From a virus (taxonomy: Duplodnaviria > Caudoviricetes), in the IMG/VR virus record IMGVR_UViG_3300017771_000005, positions 1 through 63,394 of that record: a stretch of DNA of 63,394 nucleotides, one strand, 5' to 3'. The position numbers and the translations under genes are program-made. Below, one piece after another: positions 1 through 9,654 of this stretch. The notes under the pieces are model-generated. The model was not told the origin of the DNA. It did not search any database and was given only the letters and a program-made list of their open reading frames with translations. The number at the start of each line of letters is the position of its first letter. Position 1 is the first letter of the stretch.

Positions 1-414
1 GGCAGTGCCCTTCTTATCATATCGTGACGCATACTTGAGGATGTTGCTGCGACAGAATGCCTCACCATCACCACAAGCTTCGATAAGATCAAGAGTCTGA
101 ATCTTATCATCACCAGCAGAATAGTGCTGTTGATATGTTCCTGAAATGTAATCTGAAAGTTCTTTGAGGATTTCTGCCTCACTATATTTGTATCGGTTGG
201 AGTCTTTATTCATAGTAGGGTTGTTAATCAAGAATTCATAATCACTATGCCCCCACGGGCGAATACCATCGTCAGTTGGTAGTTCAGTGTAATCTGGATA
301 TGGATATTCATCCAATCCATAATCCATAGTTGTTTTTTGTGAGACTGTAATCTCAGGATATGGGTATTCATCCATGTTCAATTCATCGTATAGGAGAGAC
401 CACGAGTTAACCAT
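1..414 (-). CDS. DUF3310-like (T7 gp1.7/nucleotide-kinase-like) cyanophage protein, truncated by window edge
   Basis: Not in ORF track; hand translation from ATG 414: MVNSWSLLYDEL...YKYSEAEILKELSDYISGTYQQHYS...GEAFCRSNILKYASRYDKKGTA, open to base 1; HY and GxxFCxxNxxKYxxRYxKK pattern of DUF3310; usual position after cobS. Confidence 0.75.
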   Translation of the reverse strand, partial: MVNSWSLLYDELNMDEYPYPEITVSQKTTMDYGLDEYPYPDYTELPTDDGIRPWGHSDYEFLINNPTMNKDSNRYKYSEAEILKELSDYISGTYQQHYSAGDDKIQTLDLIEACGDGEAFCRSNILKYASRYDKKGTA

Positions 415-421
415 AATTATA

Positions 422-1516
422 TCAGGATAACTCGTTTACGTCAAGGTTGAAGTCAGCATCGACCTTATCATACAGTTCCATGAAGGCACTCTTGGTATGA
501 TCATCGAAGCGGTTGAGGCACATCTCCAGTGCTTTCTGCTTGTCGTTAAAGATTGCATATGCACGGATGATATGAACCAGACGACGAGTGCTGACAATCT
601 CCTCCAGCGTTCCGTCACAAGCAAAGAAGGTTTTACGAATAACGTCTGCCCAGTCAACTAAACGCTTACAGAAGTCTTCGTTGTCAACACCGAGTTCATT
701 TGCCGTGTTCTGAAGAATCACCATCTCAATGGCAGCACTGGGATATGCCTGCTCAAAGGTCACAGGGAAACGCTCAAGAAACGCTTCATTCAGAACATTA
801 GTACCGATAAAACGTCCATCATCAGAACCCTTACCCTTAGTGTTGGCAGTAGCAATGACATTGAATCCATTGGCAGGTTGCACAAACCGACCAATCTTCT
901 TTAGGAAGACTCCCTTACCTTCTAAGATGGACTGAAGGCAAAGAATCTTATTAGATGCAAGGTCCACCTCATCCAGAAGCAGTATTGCTCCGCGCTCCAA
1001 CGCTTCAATAACTGGTCCGTTGTGCCATACTGTTCCGCCATTAACAAGGCGGAACCCACCAATAAGGTCGTCTTCATCAGTTTCGATTGTGATATTTACA
1101 CGAATTAGTTCCCTACCCAGTTGAGCACATGCTTGCTCCACAGAGAAGGTTTTTCCATTACCAGAGAGTCCAGTAATGAATGCAGGATAGAATAGTTTGG
1201 ATTGGATGATTTTTTTGAGATCACGGAATCCGCCAAAAGGAACAAAGTTGGAATCTTTCTCTGGAATCAAGTTCTGTTCAACCGCTGGCATTGCGGGAGG
1301 AGCATTGAAAGTCTTCTCAATAGTCTCGACAGTACCACGAGCAATTTCAAGATTCCAACGACCACGAGAGGTCTTATATTCTTCCAGGCGGCGAGTTACA
1401 GTCTGATATACCACATCGTTCATGGCACAGTATGCCCGAACATCAGAAGCAGTGATTTCAGGACCATAGGTTTCTTTTAGAGAGTTGATCAGTTGATCGT
1501 TGGTCATCGAAAGCAT
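422..1516 (-). CDS. cobS: CobS-like MoxR-family AAA+ ATPase
   Basis: Walker A GLSGNGKT, Walker B LLLDEVD, ATANTKG, NEAFLERF; cyanophage core gene. Confidence 0.9.
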   Translation of the reverse strand: MLSMTNDQLINSLKETYGPEITASDVRAYCAMNDVVYQTVTRRLEEYKTSRGRWNLEIARGTVETIEKTFNAPPAMPAVEQNLIPEKDSNFVPFGGFRDLKKIIQSKLFYPAFITGLSGNGKTFSVEQACAQLGRELIRVNITIETDEDDLIGGFRLVNGGTVWHNGPVIEALERGAILLLDEVDLASNKILCLQSILEGKGVFLKKIGRFVQPANGFNVIATANTKGKGSDDGRFIGTNVLNEAFLERFPVTFEQAYPSAAIEMVILQNTANELGVDNEDFCKRLVDWADVIRKTFFACDGTLEEIVSTRRLVHIIRAYAIFNDKQKALEMCLNRFDDHTKSAFMELYDKVDADFNLDVNELS

Positions 1517-1539
1517 TGTTTGTTGGATCGCTTGTGAAT

Positions 1540-1598
1540 AGTATAAGGGATGCCTAGGGTCTCGTCAGAGACCCTTGTGACAGTTATTCAAGTGGTCA
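1540..1598 (-). promoter_or_regulatory. Palindrome-hairpin-(-10) promoter module upstream of cobS
   Basis: GTGACA-N10-TGGTCA (1577-1598), hairpin AGGGTCTC-TGAC-GAGACCCT, TATACT 31 nt from the palindrome. Confidence 0.7.
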
Positions 1599-3728
1599 TG
1601 CGACAAGTTGAATAAAATCAGACAAGATTTTTTTATTTAGTTTTTTGTTCTTCAAACTCTTGATGAATGCATTCTTGATTTGACTCTTAGTAGCATTATC
1701 TTGAACTACAAACTCATCGTCCTGAGATAGAGCAGTTGAAGAGAGACCAAAGTATGCATCATATCCACTACTCTTGATATTCATAGTTTTAGTCTTCTTC
1801 CAGACAGACATGAGTTTATCATACTCATCACCAAAGTACCCAGTATACTTGCGGATGAATCCACCACTATCACGAGGAGCAAGAACTCGAATACCAATCA
1901 AGTTCATCTGTGGGAAGTTGTCTTTCAGATTGCGGAGAAGAATGTCTGTATTGTCACCTAGTCCAGTATTCATATTGTAATTTTTACCGGTCTTACGATC
2001 ACGAAAGACAATATTATCCTGCGACTCTGCACCACGAAGACCAAGAGATGGTTCCTCCTCCCAGTGACGATAGAACATAGTATGGTAGCGCATTCCATAT
2101 CCCTCACCATCGGTAAGGATTACACACTGAACCTTCTCAACATTGTTGTCTTTTTTGAATTGAGGAATAATCTGGTACAAAGCGAGAATTGCTTCATTCA
2201 AAGGAGTTCCAGAAAGAGAAAGTCCCACAGGAATATCATGATGACTATAATTTGATTTAGTATATCGAGAAGCAACTCTCCAAATGTTAATCATTTGCTT
2301 TTCCAACTGACGAGTCGATACCTTGCTCGTAAACAGATTCATCAAAGACACATGTTCTTGGATATAGATATTGCCTTCTTTTTTTTCGTAGGAGAGTTGA
2401 TACATATTCTCCTTAGGGTAATCAGCGGTAAACGCATACACCTCAAAAGGAATACCAACCTTCTTACAGAACCACATCAAATTGTACAATTGCTTCATGG
2501 TGTCCAATAGGACATTACCCATTGAACCAGACCAATCCAAAACAAAAACTAGACCATGGTTTTTTCCTTCAGGAAGAATAGTCACCTTCTTAAACAGATC
2601 CTCGTTGTACTTGTAAGTGTGTAGTTTGGAACAATCCAGGACTCCAGTACGAGAGGTAGTTGCACGAGAATATGCGGTAGCAGACTTCTTGCATTCAAAT
2701 TCCTTGACCATGTAGTTTACTTCTACCTGTGCATCTTTCTTAAACTTTATGTAATCCAGATCACCATTAGCAAAGATGTCATATTCCATATCTGGATACA
2801 ATTCATCAATATGAGACTGTCGCTCTTCCCAATACTGTTCACAACCCTCATGGATTTTTTGATTAGGAATAATCAGACGATCTAAGAACATCTTTGGACG
2901 TTCAATGTAAATATTCTCAACAGCGTTGGGATTGTTGAGTTTTTTCAGTGCTTCTTCTAGGGACTCAGTTGTGTGGGATCCTGCTGGTGATGGTTGAGGT
3001 TGAACCTCCTCCTCATCTTCATCATCCTCAATTTGGTCTATAGAAGATGCAGCACCACCATACGATTCACCAGATTCTGGTTCCGTAGATTCATCTTCAT
3101 CACTCTCTCCACTTCCTTGAGATTGATCAGCATCAGGACTGCCATTACTCGGCATAGGAACCTCATTCGTCTGCTCCTCCACTTCATTCATACACTCGGT
3201 ATAAACGATCTCAGAGACCCTCAGAACGTCCTCAAAGGTCTCACAATCAGAGATCTGACGGAGAATAGTCTTCTCATGATTAGTAAATTCAATGGAAACA
3301 AATGCACCAATCTTGAAATGTAGATTAATACGATCAGCGAAACTCATTCCATTGACATCTATGTCCTTGATGGCAAAGAAGTCCATGTCAGAAAGTTCAT
3401 GATATGCCTTGTAGAAATCTTTACTAAGACCACCATATCTCTGCTTAACCTTCCTCTCAATGCGGACATCCTCTATGATGTTCACAATGACTGGAGTGGT
3501 ATTATATTGACCTAACCAGTTCATATTGGGAGTGTACAGGGCATGTCCAACCTCATGTCCCACCAGCATGTCATAGACAGCGTTACTCGCATTTTCCCAC
3601 ATGGGAAGAATAAGGACGCGAGTATGGACATTGAACTGTGCAGTCTCTACCTTCTTATGCTCAACAGCGATGTCCTCGGTGGCAAGCAGACGGGCGAGAG
3701 TGCCTTTGATTTCAAACTTGACAGACAT
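1596..3728 (-). CDS. VWA-domain protein with N-terminal HExxH metallopeptidase-like domain (CobT-like partner of CobS)
   Basis: HEVGH motif, acidic linker, MIDAS DWSGSM...GTPL...LTDGEG; start moved from 3827 to MSVKFEIKG (3728) because a promoter lies at 3750-3808. Confidence 0.85.
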   Translation of the reverse strand: MSVKFEIKGTLARLLATEDIAVEHKKVETAQFNVHTRVLILPMWENASNAVYDMLVGHEVGHALYTPNMNWLGQYNTTPVIVNIIEDVRIERKVKQRYGGLSKDFYKAYHELSDMDFFAIKDIDVNGMSFADRINLHFKIGAFVSIEFTNHEKTILRQISDCETFEDVLRVSEIVYTECMNEVEEQTNEVPMPSNGSPDADQSQGSGESDEDESTEPESGESYGGAASSIDQIEDDEDEEEVQPQPSPAGSHTTESLEEALKKLNNPNAVENIYIERPKMFLDRLIIPNQKIHEGCEQYWEERQSHIDELYPDMEYDIFANGDLDYIKFKKDAQVEVNYMVKEFECKKSATAYSRATTSRTGVLDCSKLHTYKYNEDLFKKVTILPEGKNHGLVFVLDWSGSMGNVLLDTMKQLYNLMWFCKKVGIPFEVYAFTADYPKENMYQLSYEKKEGNIYIQEHVSLMNLFTSKVSTRQLEKQMINIWRVASRYTKSNYSHHDIPVGLSLSGTPLNEAILALYQIIPQFKKDNNVEKVQCVILTDGEGYGMRYHTMFYRHWEEEPSLGLRGAESQDNIVFRDRKTGKNYNMNTGLGDNTDILLRNLKDNFPQMNLIGIRVLAPRDSGGFIRKYTGYFGDEYDKLMSVWKKTKTMNIKSSGYDAYFGLSSTALSQDDEFVVQDNATKSQIKNAFIKSLKNKKLNKKILSDFIQLVA

Positions 3729-3897
3729 TGGTTTGTTCCGAATGACCATATAATACAAAAGAACCCCGCCTTTGGGGCGAGGTCTTGTGACGCTTCTTGA
3801 ATTGGCGCAGTGCTTCACGTCGGGCACGCAGCGCCTGTGGTTTGAGTTTTCTCTTCTGGTCTTTACCAGAATTGTGTTGCCAGTTTGGAGTGGTCAT
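3712..3897 (-). CDS. Small basic hypothetical protein (61 aa)
   Basis: ATG overlaps the g46 stop (ATGA); PNWQHNSGK...LKPQALR resembles a recurrent cyanophage ORF at this position. Confidence 0.55.
   Translation of the reverse strand: MTTPNWQHNSGKDQKRKLKPQALRARREALRQFKKRHKTSPQRRGSFVLYGHSEQTNVCQV
3750..3808 (-). promoter_or_regulatory. Palindrome-hairpin-(-10) promoter module upstream of the VWA gene
   Basis: GCGCCA-N10-CGTCAC (3808-3787), hairpin GACCTCGCC-CCAAA-GGCGGGGTT, TATTAT 31 nt downstream. Confidence 0.6.
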
Positions 3898-5606
3898 GGC
3901 ACAATGCGACTGAATCCCTTGAACTTCTCGAATTTTATCACATTATCGAACTTATCGTGAAGATCGGTCTTGTGTGAGATGATGAATGTGTTACTATCTT
4001 CGATGACGTACTTGACGATCTTAAGGAACTCTTCTACTCCAAACCCATCAAGAGAACTATCAAAAATTTCATCCATGATGAGTAGGTTTGTATTTGTAGA
4101 GTTTTTAAACTTTGCAACTTCTCTCCATGTGAACAGAAGTGCCAGGTCAATTCTTTGTCTTTCTCCTTCACTGAAAGAAGTATATGAAAAATTTTCGTGG
4201 ATAGGAGATTGAATCGATTCATTAAACTCTTCATCAAGAGTAAAATTAATGTAGAAGTCCATCATTTGCAGGTATCTATTCACCTGTTTGTTAATCAACG
4301 GAAGATACTTCTGTATAATTTTGGACTTCACACCTGAGTCTTTTAGAAGACTCTGAGTAAAATCGTAGTATGCAATTGTTTCTTTTTTCTCAGAAAGATT
4401 AGTATCGGAATTTTCTAGATCTTCCTGGAACTTGGTTAACTTCTCATACTCAGTACTTGAATTCTGTAGTTGGTCGGTAATTCTTTGAATTTCCGATTCA
4501 AGATCTTGGATTCTTCTCTGATGTGAAGCGATCCGAGTATTGTTTTGAGAAATGCCATGCGTTAGTTTTGTGATCTCCTTCGAAAGAATATTGAATTGAC
4601 GTTCTCGCTCTTTTTCGAACTTAATTGTTTCTTCAAGTTTCACATAACCATCTTTTAGTTCCTTTGCTCTATTTTGAACGTCACTAATTCTATTTACACG
4701 AAACTCTTCTTCTATGTCTTGATGACAAGTAGGGCATACCGTATTTTCAGTGAAAAACTTATGCTCTTCAGTAATAGTAGTTACTTTTTGAGTAATCTGA
4801 CCCTTAAGTGTGTTTAGTTTTGATAACTTATCTGCTGCACCAATTACTTTCTCTTGTTCTTTAGTGCGAGATTCGATATTTACCTGGGTCTTGGAATTTT
4901 GATCCATATACTCAGAAACTTCTTCCATCAAAGTGGTAATCGATCCCTTCTTTGTTGTGATATCTTCTTTACTGCGACTCTCAATCTCTTGAATAAAATC
5001 GTTTTGCATTCTGACTTTATCTTGAAGAGATTCTTTCTTTAGAGTAAGTGTTCTAACATCGTCTCTTATTGAACGAATCTTTTCCTTCACAATATTAGTC
5101 ATTGAAGAAAAGATTTTAATATCCAATAAATCTTCAATAACTTCTCTTCTATTGGTAGCACTCAGTTGCATAAATGGAACGAAGTTACTACTTCCCAGAA
5201 TCACAATCTGAGTGAATGATTTGAAATTCATCTTCAAAACACTTTGTTCAAACCATTTCTGTTGTTCAGATGAAGAAGCATCCTGATTGAACAACTCACC
5301 ATTCTTATAGATTTCAAAGATGGATGGTTTGATTCCTCTACGAATTTTAAATTCACTACTAGAAATCTTAAACTCAATCTCAACTAAACAATCCTTTTCA
5401 TTGATTGAATTAGTTAGTTGTGGTTTGTTAATATTTCTGAAAGACTTTCCAAACAAAACAAAAGTAAGGGCATCAAAAATGGTGCTCTTACCTGCTCCGT
5501 TATTACCGATGATTAGAGTATTTTCAGTTTTAGTGAAGTTTACTTCTGTAAAATGGTTCCCGGTACTTAAAAAATTCTTCCACCTAATTGTTTCAAATAA
5601 AATCAT
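3894..5606 (-). CDS. gp46: Recombination endonuclease ATPase subunit (Rad50/SbcC-like)
   Basis: GNNGAGKS Walker A, CPTC zinc hook, FSEGE signature, IMDEIFDSSLD Walker B. Confidence 0.95.
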   Translation of the reverse strand: MILFETIRWKNFLSTGNHFTEVNFTKTENTLIIGNNGAGKSTIFDALTFVLFGKSFRNINKPQLTNSINEKDCLVEIEFKISSSEFKIRRGIKPSIFEIYKNGELFNQDASSSEQQKWFEQSVLKMNFKSFTQIVILGSSNFVPFMQLSATNRREVIEDLLDIKIFSSMTNIVKEKIRSIRDDVRTLTLKKESLQDKVRMQNDFIQEIESRSKEDITTKKGSITTLMEEVSEYMDQNSKTQVNIESRTKEQEKVIGAADKLSKLNTLKGQITQKVTTITEEHKFFTENTVCPTCHQDIEEEFRVNRISDVQNRAKELKDGYVKLEETIKFEKERERQFNILSKEITKLTHGISQNNTRIASHQRRIQDLESEIQRITDQLQNSSTEYEKLTKFQEDLENSDTNLSEKKETIAYYDFTQSLLKDSGVKSKIIQKYLPLINKQVNRYLQMMDFYINFTLDEEFNESIQSPIHENFSYTSFSEGERQRIDLALLFTWREVAKFKNSTNTNLLIMDEIFDSSLDGFGVEEFLKIVKYVIEDSNTFIISHKTDLHDKFDNVIKFEKFKGFSRIVP

Positions 5607-5874
5607 TTTTTAAAATATCCTTTGGAGGAATCACAATGTCATTTTTGGTAATAATCATGTACATGTAACCGAAGTTGTCACACGTTTTAATTATAGCATT
5701 ATCGTCAACTTCAACCGCAGTCATTTCTGGATACTCATGATTATTTTCCAACATCAAACCAAATCTAGTAGCATCATCTTGTTCTTCAAACAAATAAAGA
5801 ACTTGATCACCTTTTTCATTTGACGCTGAATATGCACCATTCTCTTCTTTTCCTAAAACTGCTAATATATACAT
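5593..5874 (-). CDS. Conserved cyanophage hypothetical protein between g47 and g46 (DUF3110-like)
   Basis: Likely start MYILAV at 5874 just after the g47 stop; VLYLFEEQDDATRFGLML motif. Confidence 0.65.
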   Translation of the reverse strand: MYILAVLGKEENGAYSASNEKGDQVLYLFEEQDDATRFGLMLENNHEYPEMTAVEVDDNAIIKTCDNFGYMYMIITKNDIVIPPKDILKNDFI

Positions 5875-5875
5875 G

Positions 5876-6919
5876 TTACAGTATTTCGCACGCTTCTTGA
5901 TAGATTTCCTTGACCATGGATTGAACTTTTGACTTATCCATTCCAAAATCAGATTCTTGTATGTATCTATTCAGGATGGAAAGTGTATCTTCAGATTCTA
6001 AAGTTTCTTCATCTTCTATATCATCAATATCAACAAAATTGAAGTTTTCTACAATTTTAATCTCTTCTACGTCAGAAGCATATAACTTATCTAAGAACTT
6101 ATCAAACTGCTTAGCATTGGTTTTTTTCTTGACAATAACTTTTACAATCTTATTCTTATACTTTGTAGTATCAAATAATTTGTAATTTGTATCTTCATAG
6201 TAGATATTAAAGAATAGACGGTGAGGATTATCTATGTGTGTAATCTCTAGAGTTTCAGTATCAAATATTGTAAATCCACGAGGATCATCAACATCAGACC
6301 AGAACATTTCGTATGGATTTCCTAGATAAAATATCCGCCCATCAGTCGATCTAGTGTGATAGTGACCGGAGAAGACATGGGAGAACTTCTCAAATAGTTT
6401 GCCGTCCAAACCATGCTCCATGATGATTTGTCGATTAACTCTAAATCCTGAGAGTTCAAGGTGCCCCATCGCGACCTTGCAAGTTGTCTTTTTAATACTT
6501 TTGAAAGTTTCATCTTGATTATCCTGATTAATCCAAGGTAAGAACAAGATGTCTAATCCACCAATATTGACTTCTTTTGCTTCTCCGTAAGTTTTGATAT
6601 TGTTATACGTTTGAAGTAGTAAGTCTGGTGAGTTTATGTCATTCGTGTTCTTGTAATATGTATCATGATTACCCACAATCATATGAACATCATAAGATTT
6701 CAAACGATCAAATACAACTCTCTTTGACCACTCAAGACTTTGATAATCAATTGATTTTCTACTATCAAAGGTATCTCCCATGTGAATGACAGTAGTGATA
6801 CCCTCCTTTTCTAAGGTTGGGAAAAATACATCATCATAAAAAAGTTCGAAGTAATCATGAATAAATTTTGAACCCTTTCTTGCCCCATAATGTGTATCAG
6901 TAATGATCGCAACCTTCAT
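5876..6919 (-). CDS. gp47: Recombination endonuclease nuclease subunit (Mre11/SbcD-like)
   Basis: Metallophosphoesterase motifs DTH, GD, GNHD, GHYH. Confidence 0.95.
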   Translation of the reverse strand: MKVAIITDTHYGARKGSKFIHDYFELFYDDVFFPTLEKEGITTVIHMGDTFDSRKSIDYQSLEWSKRVVFDRLKSYDVHMIVGNHDTYYKNTNDINSPDLLLQTYNNIKTYGEAKEVNIGGLDILFLPWINQDNQDETFKSIKKTTCKVAMGHLELSGFRVNRQIIMEHGLDGKLFEKFSHVFSGHYHTRSTDGRIFYLGNPYEMFWSDVDDPRGFTIFDTETLEITHIDNPHRLFFNIYYEDTNYKLFDTTKYKNKIVKVIVKKKTNAKQFDKFLDKLYASDVEEIKIVENFNFVDIDDIEDEETLESEDTLSILNRYIQESDFGMDKSKVQSMVKEIYQEACEIL

Positions 6920-7419
6920 TGATTTCTCAACTTCGAGTGCACCGCATCTTTAATTGAATTATAGTCACTATAGTTTTCTCCATCGATCATAGTACTTCCA
7001 TCTGAGAATACTTCATCAAAACCAGTCTTTTCTAAGATCTTATTCTTAATCTCCAATTGTCTCTTTTCTTTCTGGATCCTACGTAAAAATGCATAATGAA
7101 TGATCTGAGTAAAATATGCAAAAGGATTGGAGGACTTTTTAGGATCGAAATTGTGAATATACTGAACACAATTTTCAATACCATCAGAAATCATATCATC
7201 TTTAAAGATATAATTAACAAAGTTTGGTTTGAATGAGAGGTGAGTTGCAATCTTAAGAAAGCACTCTCCAACGTAATTAGAAATTTGTGGTTTTGGATCT
7301 CCACGTTGTTCAGCAATTACTATACGTTGTCTATAATCAATAAGTGCTTCTAGGAACTCTTTGTTGTTAACATAGTGTACTGACCTTTTCCTTTTTGTCA
7401 TTGTTGTGCCTATTGCCAT
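6916..7419 (-). CDS. gp55: Late-transcription sigma factor
   Basis: HYVNNKEF, DMISDGIENC, NPFAYFTQI..AFLRRI. Confidence 0.95.
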   Translation of the reverse strand: MAIGTTMTKRKRSVHYVNNKEFLEALIDYRQRIVIAEQRGDPKPQISNYVGECFLKIATHLSFKPNFVNYIFKDDMISDGIENCVQYIHNFDPKKSSNPFAYFTQIIHYAFLRRIQKEKRQLEIKNKILEKTGFDEVFSDGSTMIDGENYSDYNSIKDAVHSKLRNQ

Positions 7420-7443
7420 ATCTTATTTGTTCATTATGTATAC

Positions 7444-7471
7444 ATTATATCATGATTCTACAATAAATCAA
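7444..7471 (-). promoter_or_regulatory. sigma70-type promoter for the g55 operon
   Basis: TTGATT-16-TATAAT with extended -10 TG. Confidence 0.65.
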
Positions 7472-7474
7472 GAC

Positions 7475-7504
7475 TTGACAAGACCTAGTGAAATGCTTTA
7501 CAAT
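7475..7504 (+). promoter_or_regulatory. Divergent plus-strand sigma70-type promoter, antisense to the 7540-7956 gene and uvsW
   Basis: TTGACA-18-TACAAT. Confidence 0.5.
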
Positions 7505-7539
7505 ATCTTTGTTAAGGTTCACAGGGTGGGTTGTAGCCT

Positions 7540-7956
7540 TTAAAGCTCTCTTTGTTCTGTAGAGTTTTTGAAGATCTTTTCTAAGATCTCTTTAGCATCA
7601 TTTACAGAAGACAAGTATCCCATCTCTTTAGTATTCATATTTCTACCTCTAGTTTTTTTAGAGTCCTTCTGTCTTACATAAGACTGATAGATATAAATCA
7701 TTTCAACATCCTTCGATTCAGACATTGTAAGAACCTCACATAGGTTAATAGCAAACATATCATCACTAGATGTCTTTAACCAAGGTTCAATTCGATATCC
7801 CATAGGATTACCTCTTTTACTAGTTGCTTCACTTATGGTAATTGGATTACTTAGTAGCAAGATAGTTTTATTTTCTTCTATCGATGGGAGAACTTTTGAA
7901 AAAATCTCTTCACCATTTTTAAATTTGATTGTTGCAAAAAAGTCTTCTTCTAACAT
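7540..7956 (-). CDS. Conserved hypothetical protein, probable Sm-like fold
   Basis: ATIKFKNGEEIFSKV...LSNPI...PW pattern; conserved position after uvsW in T4-like phages. Confidence 0.6.
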   Translation of the reverse strand: MLEEDFFATIKFKNGEEIFSKVLPSIEENKTILLLSNPITISEATSKRGNPMGYRIEPWLKTSSDDMFAINLCEVLTMSESKDVEMIYIYQSYVRQKDSKKTRGRNMNTKEMGYLSSVNDAKEILEKIFKNSTEQREL

Positions 7957-7959
7957 ATA

Positions 7960-9420
7960 TTACTTTAGATTTACAGTTACTATGTCGTAATTAAAACTTT
8001 CCTCATTGTAGATTTTTACTCTTTCAATGAAGTGATTTAATGTATAGTTTTTTCTTGAGTTGTACGTGCAGTCATCTGCAATATCATACAATGTTGCTTT
8101 GTCTTTATCTTTTGCTTTTCTTAGAACTCTACCTATCGATTGTAGGTTACGTATTCTTGATTTACTTGGAGACGCAAAGATCACATTATGTAAGTTCTTA
8201 ATATTAATACCAGTAGAGAATACACCGTAAGAAGCAACAATAACTGCATCCTTTTCTGATTCGGTAATCGCTCTAATTCTTTCTCTCTCGTTCGTGTCTA
8301 CTCCACCATGAACGAAGAATACCTTTCTACCTTCACTTACATTGCTATTTATTAAATTAAATAATGGTTCACCATGTGCCTCGATTCGTGAAAACAGTAC
8401 AAGAGTGTTTCCATCAAGTTTTGAAACCAAGTTTTTAATGAAGTTATTTCGTTTATCATGTGATATAATAAACTGAACCTCATCTTCAAAAACTTCAAAC
8501 TTTTGAGGAGGATGTTTTAGAACTATACAGTTAATATCTAACTGAGAAACGTGTCCAGTCTTCATTAGTTCTGCAGTTTTAGTAACTTTGTATGATGGAC
8601 CAAAAAGTCCTTCTAACACCCACTTATGAGTTTGTGTTCCATCTAAAGTTCCAGTAAACCCAAATCTATACTTGGCATGATGCAATTTGGACATAATTGA
8701 TATCAAGGACTTACTTTTGAACTGGTGTGCTTCATCACCAATAACAACACCAAATTGCTCGAAGAATTTTCTGTCTAATTTATAAATTGATTGCCAAGTT
8801 GTAATAGTAACTGGTAAGTCATGATACTTTTCTCTTCCACTATAAATCTTGTGACAGTATGAATCTGAATCCCAACCATAATCCAAAAAATCTTTATACA
8901 TCTGTTCTACAAGAGATGTCGTCGGAACAACTAGAAGAATTTTTTTACCTTTATCCACATAGTATCGCACAATTGAATAAATCATCAATGATTTACCAGA
9001 TGCAGTTGGACTTATCAATAATCTTCTGTTATACTTTAGAGCGTCACTTACTCCCTCAATTTGATATGAACGTGGAGTAAATGTACAGATCGATGCCATA
9101 TAATCTTTGACACCTTCTTTTGTTATCTCCTCATTGATTTCAAATGGGAGACCATAATACTTATTATTTTCAAACTCGTAAGTATATCCGTGTAATTTTA
9201 ATTTGTCAATTATTTTATCTAACAGTCCTACGTATATCTCTCCAGTATGAACTGAAAGTAATCTTATTTGTCCATCCCAATGCTTGCTTCGCATTTGGGG
9301 CATGAACTTTGCACCCGGAACTTCAAACGTAAAATATCTTTGTAACTCATAAAGAATATGTGGTTCACATTTTAATTTAATATAAATCTCATTCTTCTTC
9401 AGTATCTTAACGTCACTCAT
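7960..9420 (-). CDS. uvsW: UvsW SF2 DNA helicase
   Basis: PTASGKS, DEAH, GFTGT, QSIGRVLR. Confidence 0.95.
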   Translation of the reverse strand: MSDVKILKKNEIYIKLKCEPHILYELQRYFTFEVPGAKFMPQMRSKHWDGQIRLLSVHTGEIYVGLLDKIIDKLKLHGYTYEFENNKYYGLPFEINEEITKEGVKDYMASICTFTPRSYQIEGVSDALKYNRRLLISPTASGKSLMIYSIVRYYVDKGKKILLVVPTTSLVEQMYKDFLDYGWDSDSYCHKIYSGREKYHDLPVTITTWQSIYKLDRKFFEQFGVVIGDEAHQFKSKSLISIMSKLHHAKYRFGFTGTLDGTQTHKWVLEGLFGPSYKVTKTAELMKTGHVSQLDINCIVLKHPPQKFEVFEDEVQFIISHDKRNNFIKNLVSKLDGNTLVLFSRIEAHGEPLFNLINSNVSEGRKVFFVHGGVDTNERERIRAITESEKDAVIVASYGVFSTGINIKNLHNVIFASPSKSRIRNLQSIGRVLRKAKDKDKATLYDIADDCTYNSRKNYTLNHFIERVKIYNEESFNYDIVTVNLK

Positions 9421-9450
9421 AGAATCATAAAATTCTAAGAATATTTAGTA

Positions 9451-9654
9451 CTACTTATGAAACTGATAATCTAAAATTATTCTGTATAGAGAGTCTCTCA
9501 TATACCACAAATGTTCTTGTTCTTCTGCAGGTCTAGCGGGAGAACCTTCCCAGTGTTCAATTCTTTTTAATACACAATAGTGCAAAAGACGAATGTCTTG
9601 TATTCTCATATCAATTTGATAATCTGGATATTGTTCTTCAAAGTCTTCCATCAT
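9451..9654 (-). CDS. Hypothetical protein (67 aa)
   Basis: Start overlaps the uvsY stop; WEGSPARPAEEQEHL motif. Confidence 0.6.
   Translation of the reverse strand: MMEDFEEQYPDYQIDMRIQDIRLLHYCVLKRIEHWEGSPARPAEEQEHLWYMRDSLYRIILDYQFHK

Noticed and set aside
3729-3827. Longer N-terminus of the VWA protein given in the track
   Set aside because: Overlaps the 61-aa ORF and the promoter module; MSVKFEIKG at 3728 is the better start
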